Of a stretch of 64,000 nucleotides of DNA, positions 39,841 to 49,393 are shown one piece after another. A program made the translations under genes and the position numbers. The stretch covers positions 9,593 through 73,592 of the forward strand of contig JAHFOB010000001.1 of the NCBI GenBank assembly GCA_023267045.1, in the 5' to 3' direction. Within the stretch, counting starts at the first letter, position 1. Every line of letters begins with the position of its first letter. This DNA is from Candidatus Zambryskiibacteriota bacterium (GTDB lineage: Bacteria; Patescibacteriota; Minisyncoccia; Phycocordibacterales; DATDWN01). The notes under the pieces are model-generated. The model worked only from the letters and a program-made list of their open reading frames with translations, was not told the origin of the DNA and made no database searches.

Positions 39841-42015
39841 ATGCAAATGACAAAAAATGTAATTAAATATCTAGTTTTGGCAGGACTTTTTGCTGTACCG
39901 TTTATTGTATTTATCATTCCGAGTGGCATGTTTTTTCCTTTTATTTCGGGAAAAGGTTTTACCTTTAGGATTATTATAGAAATAATATTTGGGGCGTTTG
40001 TTGTTTTGGCTTTTTTGGATGCACAATATCGTCCAAAATTTTCATGGATTACAAAATCAGTTCTATTTTTCACTCTGGCTATTCTAGTTGCTGATTTATT
40101 TAGTGTAAATTCTTACAAAAGTTTATGGAGTAACTACGAGCGTATGGAAGGTTTTGTTTTGATCGCTCATTTAGCTTTGTATTATATCGTTGCTTCTTCC
40201 GTGTTTAGAAATCTTAAAAATTGGAATACCTTTTTCAATGTTTCAATCATTTCTAGCGTTCTCTTGTCTTTCTATGGAGTTTTACAATTAGCTCGAAAAA
40301 TTACTATCAATCAAGGGGGAGTTCGTGTCGATGGAACATTTGGAAATGCTACATATTTTGCAATTTATCTAGTCATTCACATTTTCCTTTGCCTATATAT
40401 GTTAGTTGATTCTAGTAAGCCAAAATGGCAGAAATGGCTATACGGTCTCATCGCCTTATTTGAAGCAGTTATACTATATTACACAGCAACAAGAGGAGCT
40501 ATCCTTGGTCTTATTGGCGGGCTTGTACTTGCAGCAATACTTATAGTTTGGAAAGAAAAAGAAAATCTGTTACTTAAAAAAATAAGTTATGGGGTTATTA
40601 TTTTTATAGTCATTTTTAGTGGGTTGTTTGTATCTTTGAGGAATACATCTTTTGTAAAAAATAGCCCCGTTCTTTCAAGATTTTCTTCTCTTGGTCCAGA
40701 GGAGTTAAAAACCCAAGGACGATATTTTGTCTGGCCAATGGCAATAAAAGGATTTTTGGAAAAACCAATATTAGGTTGGGGGCAGGAGAGTTTCAACTTT
40801 GTTTTCAATAAATATTATGACCCACGAATGTACAATCAAGAGCAGTGGTTTGACCGAACACACGATGTATTTTTAGACTGGCTTATTGCCGGTGGATTAG
40901 TTGGTTTTTTGGCCTACGCAAGTATGTATTTTGCCTTATTTTATTACATCTGGCGAAAGAAAAGTACATTATCTATTCCTGCCAAAAGTGTTTTAACTGG
41001 AATGATTTCAGCATATATATTTCACAATATATTCGTTTTCGACAATCTTATAAGCTACATATTATTCTTCTCAATTCTGGCTTTCGTTCATTCTATTAGT
41101 TCGGAAAATGAAGTTAGTACAAAAAAGTTTTACACAAAAATTTTTTCAAATGATGTAATACATTACATTGTTTTACCAGTTGCCGTTGTCGCCACATGCA
41201 CTGCAATATATTTTGTTAACGTTCCTGCAATAGAAGAAAACAAAGCTCTAATACAAGCCATAACCACCCAAGGTGATTTGGAAAAAAACTTTACATTGTT
41301 CAAAAAAGTTTTTGATTACAACTCATTCGGCAATTCAGAGGCGGTTGAACAACTACTCCAGGTCACTTCACAGATCTATTCTTCCCAAGCGCCAGATAGT
41401 GTAAAACAGGAGTTTTATGATTTTTCAAAAACAAAAATAGAAGAAAAGATTAATCAGACTCCAACAGATGCAAGATATCTAGTTTTTGCTGGGAGTTTCT
41501 TCAACCGTTTTGGCCAGTTTGATTTAGCTATACAGTATTTAGAGCGAGCAATAAAAGAATCTACAAATAAACAGACAATATATTTTGAACTTGGTTCTTC
41601 ATATCTTGGAAAAGGTGATAGAGCAAAGGCTTTTGAAACTTTCAAAAAAGCCTATGATCTCGAACCAGATTCACAAGAATCAAAAATTATTTATGCCGTC
41701 GGTGCTATATATACTCAAAATAATTCTGTTCTCAATCAAATAATTAAAACTATAGACCAAAATACTCTGATTGGGGATAACAGAATTATAAAAGCATACG
41801 CCGATATTGGGGACTACACTACAGTCATAAATATATTAAACGCTAGACTACAAAAAAATCCTACAGATAAAAATAATCGTCTGTCTTTAGCCTCCGTCTA
41901 TTCAACAATCGGGCAAAAACAAAAAGCTATAGATATTATTCAAGCAATGATAAAAGAGAATCCTAATTTCAAAGATGAAGGGGAAGGTTATATAAAACAA
42001 ATCCAATCTCAATAG
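39841..42015 (+). CDS. O-antigen ligase/oligosaccharyltransferase-like (Wzy_C) protein with C-terminal TPRs
   Basis: TFGN, TRGA, PILGWG, DRTHD..LD motifs; TPR-like tail. Confidence 0.85.
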   Translation: MQMTKNVIKYLVLAGLFAVPFIVFIIPSGMFFPFISGKGFTFRIIIEIIFGAFVVLAFLDAQYRPKFSWITKSVLFFTLAILVADLFSVNSYKSLWSNYERMEGFVLIAHLALYYIVASSVFRNLKNWNTFFNVSIISSVLLSFYGVLQLARKITINQGGVRVDGTFGNATYFAIYLVIHIFLCLYMLVDSSKPKWQKWLYGLIALFEAVILYYTATRGAILGLIGGLVLAAILIVWKEKENLLLKKISYGVIIFIVIFSGLFVSLRNTSFVKNSPVLSRFSSLGPEELKTQGRYFVWPMAIKGFLEKPILGWGQESFNFVFNKYYDPRMYNQEQWFDRTHDVFLDWLIAGGLVGFLAYASMYFALFYYIWRKKSTLSIPAKSVLTGMISAYIFHNIFVFDNLISYILFFSILAFVHSISSENEVSTKKFYTKIFSNDVIHYIVLPVAVVATCTAIYFVNVPAIEENKALIQAITTQGDLEKNFTLFKKVFDYNSFGNSEAVEQLLQVTSQIYSSQAPDSVKQEFYDFSKTKIEEKINQTPTDARYLVFAGSFFNRFGQFDLAIQYLERAIKESTNKQTIYFELGSSYLGKGDRAKAFETFKKAYDLEPDSQESKIIYAVGAIYTQNNSVLNQIIKTIDQNTLIGDNRIIKAYADIGDYTTVINILNARLQKNPTDKNNRLSLASVYSTIGQKQKAIDIIQAMIKENPNFKDEGEGYIKQIQSQ

Positions 42016-42186
42016 TTTTCTTTTTTAAAAATTAAAAATTTTAAATTAAAAATTCTTTTTTGTCTCAAACAAAAAAGTTATCCACACTTTTGCTTAAAAA
42101 TAACATTTATTTATTTTTTCTGTACTATAATAAATTTAGGTCGTAAAATACTTTTAGTTTTATAAAAAATAATCTCACTAAATAAA

Positions 42187-42258
42187 ATGAAGAAAAAAAT
42201 GAAAAAAGTTGCAAAGAAAAAGAAAGCAACAAAGAAAAAATCAAAGAAAAGAAGATAA
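42187..42258 (+). CDS. 23-aa Lys-rich peptide MKKKMKKVAKKKKATKKKSKKRR
   Basis: ATG-to-TAA frame between a TATAAT near 42126 and a terminator; below ORF-track cutoff. Confidence 0.6.
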   Translation: MKKKMKKVAKKKKATKKKSKKRR

Positions 42259-42272
42259 ATAAATTACTTTTC

Positions 42273-42300
42273 CAAAAATCCGCCATCGTGCGGATTTTTG
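42273..42300 (+). terminator. Intrinsic terminator
   Basis: caaaaatccgc/gcggatttttg stem. Confidence 0.75.
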
Positions 42301-42303
42301 TTT

Positions 42304-42446
42304 CCCAGTAGTAGAGTTTTGGTGTTGCACAGATTACCGTGCGTATGAAATGACACCAAACTCACTACCGGGTTTGCCCCGTAGTGAAGTTGGCATTATG
42401 TGTATCACGCAGGGTAATCCCTGCCATGACAACTTCTACTACCGGG
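42304..42446. repeat. Two adjacent palindromic elements of the CCCNGTAG family in opposite orientation
   Basis: 42304-42372 cccagtagtaga...tcactaccggg and 42377-42446 ccccgtagtga...tctactaccggg. Confidence 0.8.
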
Positions 42447-42473
42447 GTTTTTGTGTTAAAATATCCTCTATCT

Positions 42474-45038
42474 ATGTCAATTTTGACCAAGATATTTGGT
42501 GATGAATCAAGTAAGACTTTGAAGGAGATTCAGCCTTTAATTGTCAAAATAAACGCTCTAGAGAGCGTTATTTCTGGTTTGTCAGACGCAGAACTTAAAG
42601 ATAAAACTACAGAATTTAAAAAAAGATTGTCTTCCGGAGAAACTCTTGAAGATATTTTGCCAGAGGCTTTTGCTGTCGTTCGAGAAGCGTCAAAAAGATG
42701 TCGTGATCAAAGACATTTTGATGTTCAACTTTTGGGAGGAATTATCCTTCATCATGGCGAAATTGCTGAAATGAAAACTGGAGAAGGAAAAACTTTGGTG
42801 GCAACTCTTCCAGCTTATCTAAACTCACTGACTGGAAAAGGAGTTCATGTTGTAACTGTAAATGATTATCTTTCTCGGCGTGATGCCGTTTGGATGGGAG
42901 AGATTTATTCTTTTCTAGGAATTTCTGTTGGGGTTATAAATCATGATGAATCTTTTTTGTATGATCCAACTCATACCAAAGAATATGAACAGCTTGATAA
43001 AAAAAGAGATGAAGTAGGTTCTTTCAAAGTGGTCAATGAATTTCTCCGACCAGTTACTCGGCGTGAGGCATATCAAGCTGATATTACTTATGGAACAAAC
43101 AATGAGTTTGGTTTCGACTATTTACGTGACAATATTGAATATGAAGAGTCACGATTGCGTCAGCGTGAACCAAACTACGCTATTGTTGACGAAATCGACT
43201 CAATATTAATTGACGAAGCAAGAACTCCACTGATTATTTCTGCACCGACGTCAGAATCAGAGGATTTGTATAATACTTTTGCTCAAATTGCTACCAAACT
43301 AGAGAAAGGCGAGCACTATACTGTAGATGAAAAGTTTAAAAGTATTGCCTTAACTGACTCTGGAATAACCAAAGCTGAGGAACTTTTGGGTGTGGAAAAT
43401 ATATATACAGAGAAAGGAATAAAATATGTTCATCATTTGGAAACTGCTGTCAGAGCGGCGGCACATTTTCATAAGGATAAAGAATATGTTGTAAAAGATG
43501 GAGAGATCATTATTGTTGATGAATTTACCGGACGACTGCAGCCAGGTCGTAGATGGTCCGAAGGCTTGCACCAAGCCATAGAAGCAAAAGAACATGTGCC
43601 AATACAGAAAGAATCAAAAACTTTTGCTTCTGTTACATTCCAAAATTATTTCCGTTTGTATAAAAAACTTTCTGGTATGACTGGAACAGCTCAAACTTCA
43701 TCCGAAGAGTTTTACAAAGTTTACGGTCTCCACGTTATCTCGATTCCGACAAACAAGATTACCGCACGTCTTGATCACAACGATCTTATATTTCAAACCG
43801 AAAATGGAAAGTTCAAGGCAATTGCTCGAGAAGTAAAGTTACGTCACGCAAATGGCCAGCCTGTTTTGATTGGAACAGTTTCGATAGAAAAAAATGAAAT
43901 GCTTTCTGAATATTTGAAAGCTGAAGGCGTTCCGCACGAGATATTAAATGCCAAAAATCACGGAAGAGAAGGAGAGATTATTGCTCAAGCAGGCAGACCA
44001 TCTGCTGTAACTATTGCTACAAACATGGCAGGACGAGGAGTGGACGTAAAGCTCGGTGGAAATCCCGGAAGTATAGATGCCTACGAAAAAGTTAAATCTG
44101 TCAGTGGACTTTTTGTTCTTGGTACGGAGCGACATGATGCACGCAGAATAGACAATCAGCTTCGAGGACGATCTGGTAGACAAGGTGATCCGGGTGAAAC
44201 ACAGTTTTTCGTTTCTCTAGATGATCATTTGATGCGTGTTTTTGGCGGAGATTCAATAAAAAATATGATGGGTCGGCTTGGTATAAAAGAAGATGAGCCG
44301 ATAGAAAACCGTTTGATCACGCGTTCTCTTGAAAGTGCTCAAGAAAAAATAGAAGGACTTAATTTTGACGCACGAAAACATGTTTTGGAATTTGACGATG
44401 TTCTAAATTTTCAAAGAAAAATAATGTATGGAAGACGTAGAGAAATATTGATTGGCAATAGTCAGACTATAAAATCGTACGTTAATGAACTTTTGCAAAA
44501 CGCCGAAGAAAAAGATAGAAAAATCGTGGAAGATAAGTTGCAAAATATTGATCAAAATTACACAAATGCTCTTCGTGGAGCAATACTTCAGGCAATGGAC
44601 ATGTACTGGGTTGAGCACCTAGAAGTAATGGACTACATGAGATCTTCTGTAAACTTGCGCGCATACGGTCAACGTGATCCACTGGTCGAATACAAACGTG
44701 AAGGCTTGAAACTTTTCAAAGAAATGGAGATTTCTATTGGTAACGAGATTTTGAAATTGATTCCACAAATACAATCTAATAAAGTTTTTCTTGATACGCC
44801 AACTAAACTAGTGGAAACAAGACAGGATGCTGAAGCGCTTACGGCAGAAGCGCCAAAGGCCTCTGAATCCAGCAGAACTCCAGATGGTCACCCCAGTAGC
44901 AGAGCACAGCACGCTACAGGGCAAGGAAAAATTGGCAGAAATGATCCGTGTTTCTGCGGAGCGATTAATCCAGAAACAGGTAAAGTTTATAAATACAAAC
45001 AATGTGGTATGATTAACGCGCCTTATCACAAAAGTTAG
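42474..45038 (+). CDS. secA: Preprotein translocase ATPase SecA
   Basis: EMKTGEGKT, VDEIDSILIDEARTPLIIS, ATNMAGRG, RIDNQLRGRSGRQGDPG, GRNDPC. Confidence 0.98.
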   Translation: MSILTKIFGDESSKTLKEIQPLIVKINALESVISGLSDAELKDKTTEFKKRLSSGETLEDILPEAFAVVREASKRCRDQRHFDVQLLGGIILHHGEIAEMKTGEGKTLVATLPAYLNSLTGKGVHVVTVNDYLSRRDAVWMGEIYSFLGISVGVINHDESFLYDPTHTKEYEQLDKKRDEVGSFKVVNEFLRPVTRREAYQADITYGTNNEFGFDYLRDNIEYEESRLRQREPNYAIVDEIDSILIDEARTPLIISAPTSESEDLYNTFAQIATKLEKGEHYTVDEKFKSIALTDSGITKAEELLGVENIYTEKGIKYVHHLETAVRAAAHFHKDKEYVVKDGEIIIVDEFTGRLQPGRRWSEGLHQAIEAKEHVPIQKESKTFASVTFQNYFRLYKKLSGMTGTAQTSSEEFYKVYGLHVISIPTNKITARLDHNDLIFQTENGKFKAIAREVKLRHANGQPVLIGTVSIEKNEMLSEYLKAEGVPHEILNAKNHGREGEIIAQAGRPSAVTIATNMAGRGVDVKLGGNPGSIDAYEKVKSVSGLFVLGTERHDARRIDNQLRGRSGRQGDPGETQFFVSLDDHLMRVFGGDSIKNMMGRLGIKEDEPIENRLITRSLESAQEKIEGLNFDARKHVLEFDDVLNFQRKIMYGRRREILIGNSQTIKSYVNELLQNAEEKDRKIVEDKLQNIDQNYTNALRGAILQAMDMYWVEHLEVMDYMRSSVNLRAYGQRDPLVEYKREGLKLFKEMEISIGNEILKLIPQIQSNKVFLDTPTKLVETRQDAEALTAEAPKASESSRTPDGHPSSRAQHATGQGKIGRNDPCFCGAINPETGKVYKYKQCGMINAPYHKS

Positions 45039-45044
45039 CGAAGT

Positions 45045-45108
45045 CCTGTACCGAGCTTCTTGCCGTGTACTGAACTTTGTTCTAGTACTGCGGTGCTCTG
45101 GTACTGGG
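45045..45108. repeat. Imperfect palindromic element between secA stop and orphan tail
   Basis: cctgtaccgagc...gctctggtactggg with inner gtactgaac/gttctagtac. Confidence 0.6.
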
Positions 45109-45110
45109 GT

Positions 45111-45182
45111 GGTTCAGGAAAGAAGTATAAAAAGTGCGGTGAATTGAATACGGAAGAGCATCAGAAGAGGATGGTAAAGTAG
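45111..45182 (+). pseudogene. Orphan SEC-C tail of SecA (GSGKKYKKCGELNTEEHQKRMVK)
   Basis: Canonical GSGKKYKKC motif, same frame as secA, no start codon. Confidence 0.8.
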
Positions 45183-45209
45183 AAACTGAAAGATAATGCA
45201 TAGTTTGCT

Positions 45210-45238
45210 TTGACAATAATACCCCTAGGGGGTATCAT
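45210..45238 (+). promoter_or_regulatory. sigma70 promoter with overlapping CsoR operator
   Basis: TTGACA-17-TATCAT; TACCCC-TAG-GGGGTA palindrome at 45220-45234. Confidence 0.9.
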
Positions 45239-45247
45239 TGTCTGTAT

Positions 45248-45514
45248 ATGAAAATAGATATAAAAAATAAAGCTATTAAGCGTTTGAAAATTGCTGAAGG
45301 ACAAATAAGAGGAGTTCAATCTATGGTTACTAATGAGAAGTATTGTATAGATATTATTACTCAAGTTTCTGCCATAAAAGAAGCTTTGTCAGGTATTGAA
45401 GATTTAATTTTGGAAAATCACATATCTACACACGTAGTTCACCAAATAAAGCATGGTAATGAAAAGAAAGCTACGGAAGAGATTCTAAAAGTCTATAAAC
45501 TCAAAAGAAAATAA
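45248..45514 (+). CDS. csoR: Copper-sensing repressor, CsoR family
   Basis: RLKIAEGQIRGV, YCIDIITQVSA, ENH. Confidence 0.9.
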   Translation: MKIDIKNKAIKRLKIAEGQIRGVQSMVTNEKYCIDIITQVSAIKEALSGIEDLILENHISTHVVHQIKHGNEKKATEEILKVYKLKRK

Positions 45515-45515
45515 T

Positions 45516-47852
45516 ATGAGCAATACTAAAACTTATAAAGTTAAGGGTATGCATTGTGCATCATGCGCAAGTATTATCGAAAAAATATTCAAAAAAACTC
45601 CAGGTGTTCATAACGCAGAAGTAAATTATGCCACCGAGACTGCAAAGGTTTCTTTTGATGAATCCAAAACAAATCCACTCCATCTCTCTAAAAAAATCGA
45701 ACCACTCGGATATTCTTTAAACATCCCAACGGCACAATCAATGCATATGTCAGAGAGTGAACATGTGGCACATTTAGGCCTCAACCAATCAAAAGCTGAG
45801 AAACTTTCTGAACTTAAAGATATGAGGATAAAAGTTTTGTCTGCTTTACCTCTTGCAGTATTTAGTATTTTTATAATGGGCTGGGACACTTTGATTCAAT
45901 TCAAGACAGTCCCAGAAATGCCTATTATATGGAATGAGTTTTTTCATCATTTATTGCCTATATTTGCCACTTACACACTTTTTATTGTTGGTAAACCATA
46001 TTTATTGGGGTTTTATCGCTTTGTACGTTTTGGAAAAGCAAATATGGATACTCTTATTGGTATCGGTACTTCCGTAGCTTTTCTTTATAGTTTTGTAGTA
46101 ACTGCTTTTCAGGAGACTTTGAAACCTTTCATAAATGTAAATCAAACATATTACGATGTAACAATTGTTGTCATTACTTTTATTGCTCTTGGTAAATATC
46201 TTGAGACAAGATCAAAACTTAAAACTGGTGATGCCATAGAGAAACTCCTTAATCTACAGGCCAAGACAGCTTTGGTGGTGAGAGACCAAAAAGAAATCGA
46301 GATTCCAATTGGCCAAGTTGTTCATGGAGATTTGATTATTGTAAAACCAGCGGCTCTAATACCAGTAGATGGTGTTATAACCGAAGGGTCATCATACGTT
46401 GATGAATCAATGCTCACAGGAGAGTCTATGCCGATAGGAAAGAACATTGGAGACAATGTGATTTCTGGAACAATGAATACATCTGGCTCGTTTACTTTCA
46501 AAGCTACAAAAGTCGGTTCGGAAACTATGCTAGCTCGTATAGTAAAAATGGTAGAAGAAGCGCAAGGAAGTCGCGCTCCAATACAAGCACTGGCTGATAA
46601 AATATCTAGCATATTTGTACCTATCGTTTTGGCACTTTCTTTTGTTTCTTTGAGTGCATGGTTATTTATTGGGACATCATATTTCGGTTTCTCACAAGCT
46701 CTTTCGTTAGGCCTAGTATCATTTGTCGGCATTCTTGTCATAGCTTGTCCTTGCGCTCTTGGACTTGCCACTCCTACAGCAATTATTGTTGGAGTAGGTA
46801 AGGGAGCGAAAGAGGGCATTTTGATTAAAGATGCTGGTACATTAGAGAAACTTGGAAAGGTTGATATCGTGGTTGTAGATAAAACAGGGACGTTGACCAA
46901 AGGAAAACCTGAACTTGTATCAATCAAAAATTTTTCCCGAGGGGAAAATAATTTAAATGACGATGAGCTTGTTACTATTTTAGCTTCGTTAGAAAAAAAA
47001 TCAGAACATCCAATTGCTCTGGCTATTATTTCTTCAGCAAAGGAAAAAGAACTTCCTATTTATTCTGTGGAAAAATTTGAGGCAATTAAAGGTAAGGGTT
47101 TGAAAGGGATTATTAATAATGTTCAGTATTTTGTCGGTAATGCAAAACTTGTCAAAGATCTGGGCATTTCGTTTGATACAGAGTCATTTGTAAAAGATAC
47201 TAAGGAAGGCAAAACTCCTGTTATTTTAGCAACAAAAGAAAAAGTACTCGGGATCGCATATGTGGCAGACACAATCAAGACTGAAACAAAAGATGCAATA
47301 GTAAATCTCCATAAACTTGGAATAAAAATAGTCATGCTTACAGGGGACGATAGAAATACTGCGGAGTTTATTGCAAAACAAATCGGTATTGACGTTCGTC
47401 CCGAGTCCTCAGCCCCGAGGGATGAAGTAGTGGCAGAAGTTATGCCTGAAGACAAACTTAACAAAATAAAAGAATTACAATCAGAAGGAAAAATCGTGGC
47501 CATGGTTGGAGATGGAGTAAATGACGCGCCAGCTCTTGCTCAAGCTGATGTTGGTATCGCTATGTCAACGGGGATTGATGTTGCCATTGAAAGCGCTGGT
47601 ATTACACTCTTGCATGGAGATATCTCAAAACTTGTAAAAGCAATAAAACTTTCAAGGATAACAATGCGAGGTATTAAACAAAATCTTTTCTGGGCTTTTG
47701 CCTATAACATCATAGGCATTCCGCTTGCAGGAGGATTGTTTTATCCAATTTTCGGTTGGCTACTTTCTCCAGTTTTTGCTGGCTTTGCAATGGCCATGTC
47801 CAGTGTTTCGGTCGTATCAAATTCACTCCGTATTAAAGCTAAAAAAATATAA
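45516..47852 (+). CDS. copA: Copper-translocating P1B-type ATPase
   Basis: GMHCASC, TGES, CPCALGLATP, DKTGT, SEHP, GDGVND, YN and MAMSS. Confidence 0.95.
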   Translation: MSNTKTYKVKGMHCASCASIIEKIFKKTPGVHNAEVNYATETAKVSFDESKTNPLHLSKKIEPLGYSLNIPTAQSMHMSESEHVAHLGLNQSKAEKLSELKDMRIKVLSALPLAVFSIFIMGWDTLIQFKTVPEMPIIWNEFFHHLLPIFATYTLFIVGKPYLLGFYRFVRFGKANMDTLIGIGTSVAFLYSFVVTAFQETLKPFINVNQTYYDVTIVVITFIALGKYLETRSKLKTGDAIEKLLNLQAKTALVVRDQKEIEIPIGQVVHGDLIIVKPAALIPVDGVITEGSSYVDESMLTGESMPIGKNIGDNVISGTMNTSGSFTFKATKVGSETMLARIVKMVEEAQGSRAPIQALADKISSIFVPIVLALSFVSLSAWLFIGTSYFGFSQALSLGLVSFVGILVIACPCALGLATPTAIIVGVGKGAKEGILIKDAGTLEKLGKVDIVVVDKTGTLTKGKPELVSIKNFSRGENNLNDDELVTILASLEKKSEHPIALAIISSAKEKELPIYSVEKFEAIKGKGLKGIINNVQYFVGNAKLVKDLGISFDTESFVKDTKEGKTPVILATKEKVLGIAYVADTIKTETKDAIVNLHKLGIKIVMLTGDDRNTAEFIAKQIGIDVRPESSAPRDEVVAEVMPEDKLNKIKELQSEGKIVAMVGDGVNDAPALAQADVGIAMSTGIDVAIESAGITLLHGDISKLVKAIKLSRITMRGIKQNLFWAFAYNIIGIPLAGGLFYPIFGWLLSPVFAGFAMAMSSVSVVSNSLRIKAKKI

Positions 47853-47857
47853 CCGCT

Positions 47858-48904
47858 ATGAGCACACACGATGAAAATAATTTACTAAAGACTTACACAT
47901 TTCACGTTAGTGGTATGCATTGTAATGCTTGCATATTAATCACCGAAAGTGAATTAGAAGAAGTACCTTATGTTACAAAAGCAAAGTCTAGTCTCAAGAA
48001 TCATTCAGTAGAAATAACTGGGAACTTTGGTAGCAAAGAAAAAACTTTGATCGCCGAAGAACTAACACAAGTTTTAATTAAGCACGGATACAGTCTTTCT
48101 GTAGAGAAACAAATAAAAACAAAAAATTGGTCAGATTTTAAAATTGCTATTCCAATTACTTTCGGTTTTGCTGTTTTGTTTGTGATTCTTCAAAAAATAG
48201 GTTTGGTAAATCTAGTTGGTGGCGGAAATGTATCATACGGAACAGCGTTTGTTATTGGAATTATTGCTTCTCTTTCTACTTGCATGGCTGTGGTTGGTGG
48301 ACTTCTATTATCAATGTCGGCAACATTTGCAAAAGAGGGAGATAAAATAAAACCTCAACTCCTTTTTCATGGCGGCCGCATTGTTTCTTTCTTTGTTCTC
48401 GGAGGTGTAATAGGTGCTATTGGATCTGCATTTACTCTGAATACGGAAATGACGTTTATGCTTAGTGTAATTATTGGGGTCGTCATGCTTATTCTTGGTG
48501 TAAATCTTCTCGACACATTTCACTTTGCTAAAAGATTACAACCTAGTATGCCCAAGTTTCTTTCCAAACACGCTCTCGGTATATCAAAATTTAACCACAC
48601 ACTTACTCCACTTTTTGTCGGTATTGCAACATTCTTTTTGCCTTGTGGTTTTACTCAATCAATGCAGTTGTATACTCTTACGACAGGAAGTTTTATAGAA
48701 GGCGGACTAACTATGCTGGCTTTCGCTGTTGGAACATTGCCAGTATTAGGTCTTATTAGTTTTAGTTCTTTCAGTATCAAAAATAGTTCTAAAGCAGGAG
48801 TTTTCTTCAAAACTGCTGGGCTTATTGTAATTATGTTTGCACTTTTTAATCTGATTAACAGTTTAGTAGTTATCGGTTTGATACCACCCATATTTAGTTT
48901 TTAG
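47858..48904 (+). CDS. HMA domain plus DsbD_2/TauE-like membrane protein
   Basis: GMHCNAC, STCMAVVGG, FLPCG motifs. Confidence 0.8.
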   Translation: MSTHDENNLLKTYTFHVSGMHCNACILITESELEEVPYVTKAKSSLKNHSVEITGNFGSKEKTLIAEELTQVLIKHGYSLSVEKQIKTKNWSDFKIAIPITFGFAVLFVILQKIGLVNLVGGGNVSYGTAFVIGIIASLSTCMAVVGGLLLSMSATFAKEGDKIKPQLLFHGGRIVSFFVLGGVIGAIGSAFTLNTEMTFMLSVIIGVVMLILGVNLLDTFHFAKRLQPSMPKFLSKHALGISKFNHTLTPLFVGIATFFLPCGFTQSMQLYTLTTGSFIEGGLTMLAFAVGTLPVLGLISFSSFSIKNSSKAGVFFKTAGLIVIMFALFNLINSLVVIGLIPPIFSF

Positions 48905-48916
48905 TATAATGAAAAT

Positions 48917-49309
48917 ATGAAATTAACTATCATCTCAGTCTTTATAGCTATTACACTAATTGGTGGGGCTATCGCACTCTCTGGTAATAATAAATCTGCA
49001 TCAACAAATAATATTCCCGCAAATAATGTAACCCTTAGTCAAGGAAAACAAATAATCGAAATTGATGTAAAGGGTGGTTATAATCCAACAAAAAGTTTTG
49101 CTAAAGCTGGCATGCCTACAGTTCTTAGGTTTATAACTAATGGTACTTTTGATTGCTCTTCATCAATTCGTATTCCGAGTTTAAATGTAACTAAAATACT
49201 TCCACAAACAGGGAATACTGATATAGATGTTGGCACTCCACAGCTTGGTATTCTTTCTGGGACTTGCGGTATGGGCATGTATCGATTCCAAATAGATTTT
49301 CAGAGTTAA
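48917..49309 (+). CDS. Cupredoxin domain protein
   Basis: Signal anchor, GGYNP, C..CGMGM. Confidence 0.85.
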   Translation: MKLTIISVFIAITLIGGAIALSGNNKSASTNNIPANNVTLSQGKQIIEIDVKGGYNPTKSFAKAGMPTVLRFITNGTFDCSSSIRIPSLNVTKILPQTGNTDIDVGTPQLGILSGTCGMGMYRFQIDFQS

Positions 49310-49393
49310 TTTTGTAAAATTACCAAAAGGTTGATTTGACAGGTGTCTATTTGACATGTTAAAGTCAGGTTGGACTAGAAAAGGAGGTGGGGC

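Noticed and set aside
42078-42086. DnaA box TTATCCACA suggesting oriC
   Set aside because: Single perfect box, no cluster and no dnaA/dnaN nearby
42384-42473. 30-aa N-terminal extension of SecA
   Set aside because: Read through the palindromic element; ATG 42474 gives a typical SecA start
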